Shown here in pieces: positions 32,821-36,526 of a stretch of DNA of 36,526 nucleotides; position 1 is the first letter of the stretch; each line of letters begins with the position of its first letter. The translations under genes and the position numbers were made by a program. Under the pieces are notes generated by a model. That model ran no database searches and had not been told where the DNA came from. It saw only the letters and a list, made by a program, of their open reading frames with translations. This DNA comes from a virus (Duplodnaviria > Caudoviricetes): positions 1 through 36,526 of the IMG/VR virus record IMGVR_UViG_3300020702_000010, one strand, 5' to 3'.

Positions 32821-33825
32821 ATGGCAACTTTAGCAACTGGCGCTTTAACATTGGCAGATTGGGCCAAGCGTCTTGACCCCGATGGCAAGGGACCTGCGGT
32901 AGCAGAGCTTTTGTCGCAATCTAATGAAGTTTTAGAAGATGCGGTTTTCCAAGAAGGCAACTTGGCGACTGGTCACCGTGTCATCATCCGTACTGGTTTA
33001 CCGACTGCCTATTGGCGTTCGATCAACCAAGGTATTCCAACCAGCAAATCGACTACTGCGCAAGTAGATGAGTCAATCGGCATGTTAGAAGCCTACGCTA
33101 AGATCGATAAAGACTTAGCTTTACTAAACGGAAATACCAATGCTTTTAGACTGTCTGAAGATTCAGCGTTCTTGGAAGCGATGAACCAAGCTCAAGCTAG
33201 TACATTATTGTACGGCAACCCAGCCACTGACCCACGTCAGTATTTAGGTTTAGCTCCACGTTATGGCGCTATCTCTGGTGCGGGTAATGCTCAAAACGTC
33301 ATCGACGCAGGCGGTGTATCAACTAACAATACTTCTATTTACTTAGTGGTTTGGGGTGATAACACTACTTTCTGCACCTTCCCTAAAGGGTCTAAAGCTG
33401 GTTTGTCTCATGACGATCAAGGTGAATTGGTTGTTTATGACGCTAACTCTAACCCTTACCAAGCCTTCCAAACGCATTACCAATGGAAGAATGGCTTAGT
33501 TGTTAAAGATTGGCGTTATGTCGTTCGTATTTGTAACATCAATACCGCTAACTTGGTTGCTGAATCTGCAGCTGCTGACATTATCAAATTGATGTCACGC
33601 GCTTTAGACCGTATCCCTAGCCTTGGTATGGGTCGTCCTGCTTTCTATATGAACAGAACCGTGTACTCAATGTTAAGAATACAAGCGTTGAACAAATCAC
33701 AAAACGTCTTAGATATTAACAGCGGTCTAAATCAATTCGGTACACCAACGAGCTGGAACACTTTTGAAGGTGTGCCATTACGTCGTGTCGACCAGATCTT
33801 AAACACAGAAGCGAGAGTGGTGTAG
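32821..33825 (+). CDS. Major capsid protein (BPP-1 Bbp17 / epsilon15 gp7-like)
   Basis: TLADWAKRLDPDG, ELLSQSNE, RTGLP, GLVVKDWRYVVRICNI, GVPLRRVDQILNTEARVV. Confidence 0.95.
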   Translation: MATLATGALTLADWAKRLDPDGKGPAVAELLSQSNEVLEDAVFQEGNLATGHRVIIRTGLPTAYWRSINQGIPTSKSTTAQVDESIGMLEAYAKIDKDLALLNGNTNAFRLSEDSAFLEAMNQAQASTLLYGNPATDPRQYLGLAPRYGAISGAGNAQNVIDAGGVSTNNTSIYLVVWGDNTTFCTFPKGSKAGLSHDDQGELVVYDANSNPYQAFQTHYQWKNGLVVKDWRYVVRICNINTANLVAESAAADIIKLMSRALDRIPSLGMGRPAFYMNRTVYSMLRIQALNKSQNVLDINSGLNQFGTPTSWNTFEGVPLRRVDQILNTEARVV

Positions 33826-33827
33826 TC

Positions 33828-34301
33828 ATGGCTTATGTAGACAACAACTTATTATTATCTGGCTCGATCTCATCGACCGGTGCAGTCGCAGGACAAACCG
33901 TATTCAGTGCGGGTACTTCGGTACTAAGCACGAACACAGTGGACCTCGGTGTGGCTCGTGACATGGGTGAAGGCACTGATTTATTCGGACGCTTTGAATA
34001 TACAGTCGCAGCGGTAGGCGGCACATCCATCGAGATGCAAGTGATCTCGGCTACTGATGCGGCCTTAACTACTGCGGTTACTGTATTAGGCACAACTGGC
34101 CCTATTGCTGTAGCGTCTTTAACCATAGGCTCGCGTTTTGCTTGTGACATCAACCCACAAATTGGCTCTAAAGGTCAGCGTTATTTGGGTTTACGTTATA
34201 TCTCTGTAGGTACAACTACGGCTGGATCGGTTTTCGGTGACTTAGGTGCTGAAATCCAAGACGGCCAAAAGTTCTATCCTAGCGGTTTTGCACTTTTATA
34301 A
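33828..34301 (+). CDS. Capsid cement protein (Bbp16-like)
   Basis: STNTVDLGVARDMGEG, QRYLGLRY, YPSGF. Confidence 0.8.
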   Translation: MAYVDNNLLLSGSISSTGAVAGQTVFSAGTSVLSTNTVDLGVARDMGEGTDLFGRFEYTVAAVGGTSIEMQVISATDAALTTAVTVLGTTGPIAVASLTIGSRFACDINPQIGSKGQRYLGLRYISVGTTTAGSVFGDLGAEIQDGQKFYPSGFALL

Positions 34302-34310
34302 GGAGGCTTT

Positions 34311-34451
34311 ATGGCACGTTACAAAGTATTGGTACAAAGTTTTATTAATGATGCGTTAGTCGCAGAGGGTGACATCATCGAGCTTGATGATAAGGCCGAA
34401 GTCGCTGACAACTTAGAGTTGATCGTAGAACCTAAAGAACCAAAGAGTTAA
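34311..34451 (+). CDS. Small virion-associated protein (46 aa, not in the ORF track)
   Basis: AAGGAGG RBS; MARYKVLVQSFINDALVAEGDIIELD...NLELI. Confidence 0.75.
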   Translation: MARYKVLVQSFINDALVAEGDIIELDDKAEVADNLELIVEPKEPKS

Positions 34452-34458
34452 AGACCAT

Positions 34459-34484
34459 GCCCCCTGCTAGCGTGGGGGGTTTTT
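34459..34484 (+). terminator. Intrinsic terminator after the capsid genes
   Basis: GCCCCCTGC-ta-GCGTGGGGGGT followed by TTTT. Confidence 0.7.
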
Positions 34485-34507
34485 CTAAGCAAAAGAGTCC
34501 ATCCCTA

Positions 34508-34726
34508 ATGATCGAGATTATTCAATTTACCACAGGCATTATGGATGCGCTTTCAGCTATGTTGACTAGCCTATCAACACTTATTCCTCAAATTATAGCG
34601 GGTGCTTCTGTACTTGCAGCCTTTATGCCTCCTCCTGATGGTGAGTCAACCTTGGCAAAGGTTCACGCTGCTATCAACTGGATAGCCTTTAACTTTAAGC
34701 ACGCGACCAATAGGCCGGCAGAATGA
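34508..34726 (+). CDS. Small membrane protein, holin candidate (start uncertain)
   Basis: Hydrophobic, immediately upstream of the spanins, with an ATGA overlap. Confidence 0.5.
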   Translation: MIEIIQFTTGIMDALSAMLTSLSTLIPQIIAGASVLAAFMPPPDGESTLAKVHAAINWIAFNFKHATNRPAE

Positions 34727-35196
34727 TCTATGCGCTACTTATTATAGGCGTCTTTGGTTTTGGTGCTGGCTTTGGCGTTGCTTACAAAATAGACAGCGCT
34801 GCTATTAGCGAGTTACACCAGGCTATTCAAGCTAGTAATGAACAAGCAACTAGCGCATTAGCTAGTAGTCAAGAACGAGTAGCACAAGCTCAGGCAGCTG
34901 CTAAAGATGCAAACACTAACTTGGAATTATCACATGCCCAGTCAATTACAACGATCAATGCTTATCACGACGCTCTTAAGTCTAAGCGCTTGTTCGACCC
35001 CGGTGCTAAAAACAGTGATTGCACCGTGCCAACAAATTCAGCTACCAGAATCCCTGCTCACTCAGCCGAACCTACCGAGCTTTCAGCAGGACTTACAGAC
35101 TTTCTTTTATCCCAAGCCCTCGCAGCCGATCAAGTAGCTGTGTACGCACAATCATGCTGGTCATTCGTTAATCGTAATTGTGGGATAGGAAAATGA
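34723..35196 (+). CDS. Rz: Inner-membrane spanin (Rz-like)
   Basis: N-terminal TM, coiled coil and C-terminal Cys; contains an embedded lipoprotein ORF. Confidence 0.8.
   Translation: MIYALLIIGVFGFGAGFGVAYKIDSAAISELHQAIQASNEQATSALASSQERVAQAQAAAKDANTNLELSHAQSITTINAYHDALKSKRLFDPGAKNSDCTVPTNSATRIPAHSAEPTELSAGLTDFLLSQALAADQVAVYAQSCWSFVNRNCGIGK
34934..35137 (+). CDS. Rz1: Outer-membrane spanin (Rz1-like), embedded in the +1 frame
   Basis: MPSQLQRSMLITTLLSLSA-C lipobox; Pro-rich mature part. Confidence 0.8.
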   Translation: MPSQLQRSMLITTLLSLSACSTPVLKTVIAPCQQIQLPESLLTQPNLPSFQQDLQTFFYPKPSQPIK

Positions 35197-35429
35197 ATAT
35201 TGATAGGGATGACCTGCGATTATTGCTTGAAGAGATACTAGAAGATAGATCGCATGTCGATCAACAGCTTCATGTTGAAGAACACGAATGGATCAGAGGG
35301 CAGATTAACTTACAGCGCGCTCGCAAAGAATTAATGTGGGAAGCGGCTAAAACCCTCACACAGTGGTCAGTCTTAGGTATCGCTGGTGCTATCATTTATT
35401 ACCTACAAACAGGACACTGGTCTAGCTAA
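35193..35429 (+). CDS. Small C-terminal-TM protein (holin/antiholin-like)
   Basis: Charged N-terminus and TM WSVLGIAGAIIYYL. Confidence 0.55.
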   Translation: MNIDRDDLRLLLEEILEDRSHVDQQLHVEEHEWIRGQINLQRARKELMWEAAKTLTQWSVLGIAGAIIYYLQTGHWSS

Positions 35430-36235
35430 TGACAATACAAAATACAACGATTCGGAAAGCCGGTCCTAGTCTAGGCAATGGGATTAATACTTTATTTCCT
35501 TTTACTTTCAAAGTATTTGTTACTACTGATGTATTGGTTACTTATCTTAATTCAGTATCGGCGCAGTCCTCTTTGGTATTAGGATCTGATTACAGTATTA
35601 GCTTAAATGCAGATCAGAATGCAGCTCCAGGTGGCGTTGTTACTTTGTTATGGGCGCCAGCAGCAGCTACTTATATTACTTTGACGTCTCAAGTCGCAAA
35701 TACACAAAATTTAGCATTAACTAATTCAGGTGGATTTTATCCGCAATCGATTAATGATGCACTAGATAGAGTCGTTATTCAGGTTCAACAACTTGCTGAG
35801 CAAATGAGCAGAACCTTTCAGATTTCAGTTTCTTCGATAGGTTCGCCAGGTGCTTATATTTCTGATTATTTAGCACAAGCAGCGTTATCTGCTACAACAG
35901 CTGCAGCTTATGCTTTAGCTGCGAAAAATTCAGTAGCATCTGTTTCAGCGCTATCAGTAAGCTGCACGTCATCAGGATCTGCGGCGGCGTTATCTGCAAC
36001 TGCGGCGGCGAATTCAGCTATATCCGCCACAGCGCCATCAGCAATAGCTTTAGCAAACTATATTGATTTATTTTTCCCATCAAGCAAAGCAGTAACATTT
36101 ACTTCAATTTACGTGAGTGGTGGCTGGGATATGGGTGATATTTCTCAAGCAACATTTACTAATGAATCATCGTCTCGATGTATCAACTTAGCATCAGACG
36201 CAACCGCATCTTTTAATTTTGGCACTGTGCCTTAA
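35429..36235 (+). CDS. Short tail fibre/adaptor with a T7 gp17-like N-terminal domain
   Basis: GNG..TLFPFTFKVF, LVLGSDYSI and GGFYPQSINDALDR..IQVQQLAE, followed by an Ala/Ser-rich stalk. Confidence 0.8.
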   Translation: MTIQNTTIRKAGPSLGNGINTLFPFTFKVFVTTDVLVTYLNSVSAQSSLVLGSDYSISLNADQNAAPGGVVTLLWAPAAATYITLTSQVANTQNLALTNSGGFYPQSINDALDRVVIQVQQLAEQMSRTFQISVSSIGSPGAYISDYLAQAALSATTAAAYALAAKNSVASVSALSVSCTSSGSAAALSATAAANSAISATAPSAIALANYIDLFFPSSKAVTFTSIYVSGGWDMGDISQATFTNESSSRCINLASDATASFNFGTVP

Positions 36236-36252
36236 CCCGGAGTTTATATTTT

Positions 36253-36526
36253 ATGTCAGATCAAATACAACGCAGAGGTGGCACAACAGCTCAGCACACT
36301 ACTTTTACCGGCGCATTACGTGAATTAACTATTGATACTGATAAAAAAACAGTAGTCGTCCATGATGGCGTTACTGCTGGTGGCTTTCCGCTACTGCGTC
36401 AAGATTTAAATAATCTCCCTTCTGGGACTGGATTTGCTCCATTAGCCTCGCCTACTTTCACGGGTGTAGTAACAATTCCTTCTGGTGCTAATATTGCTGG
36501 ATTTGCTCCATTAGCCTCGCCTACTT
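36253..36526 (+). CDS. Tail fibre with an Mtd N-terminal-like domain (3'-truncated by the window edge)
   Basis: IQRRGGTTAQHTTFTGALRELTIDTDKKTVVVHDGVTAGGFPL, then GFAPLASPT repeats. Confidence 0.8.
   Translation, partial: MSDQIQRRGGTTAQHTTFTGALRELTIDTDKKTVVVHDGVTAGGFPLLRQDLNNLPSGTGFAPLASPTFTGVVTIPSGANIAGFAPLASPT
36428..36526 (+). repeat. Tail-fibre repeat with a 69-bp period
   Basis: CTGGATTTGCTCCATTAGCCTCGCCTACTT at 36428 and 36497. Confidence 0.9.

Noticed and set aside
1-36526. Alternative genetic code, introns/inteins or a DGR within the window
   Set aside because: Core genes are full length in the standard code. No intein-sized insert is evident in terminase, helicase or primase, and there is no reverse transcriptase.

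Overview
Most of the genome of a temperate podovirus of the BPP-1/epsilon15 type that infects a Gram-negative proteobacterium (lambda R-like endolysin, Rz/Rz1 spanins, IHF sites). It appears in the excised form, with an intact attP built on the 3' half of a tRNA-Lys(CTT) at ~13.0 kb and phage genes on both sides. The gene order is tail tube and ejection proteins (1-11.7 kb, including a 2513-aa polyvalent protein), endolysin, attP, integrase and early-left operon (13.3-17.9 kb, minus strand), a TA-like cassette, cI/cro, helicase, primase-helicase, iteron origin, terminase, portal, capsid genes, holin/spanins and tail fibres. Four things stand out. (1) Three consecutive antisense genes between cro and cII are each overlapped nearly end to end by a stop-free sense ORF in the same normally stop-rich register, with a shared 44-bp junction repeat; a similar 'bridge' of ORFs lies between helicase and primase. 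(2) A G14 tract in the repressor gene controls a 60-aa tail that ends in a 4x98-bp homopolymer-rich tandem array. (3) There are five DUF1640/CCDC90-like paralogues. (4) There is a candidate late-promoter motif, GTGYGGATGAT-N15/16-TAnnnT. All family calls come from motif recognition by eye; no searches were run.
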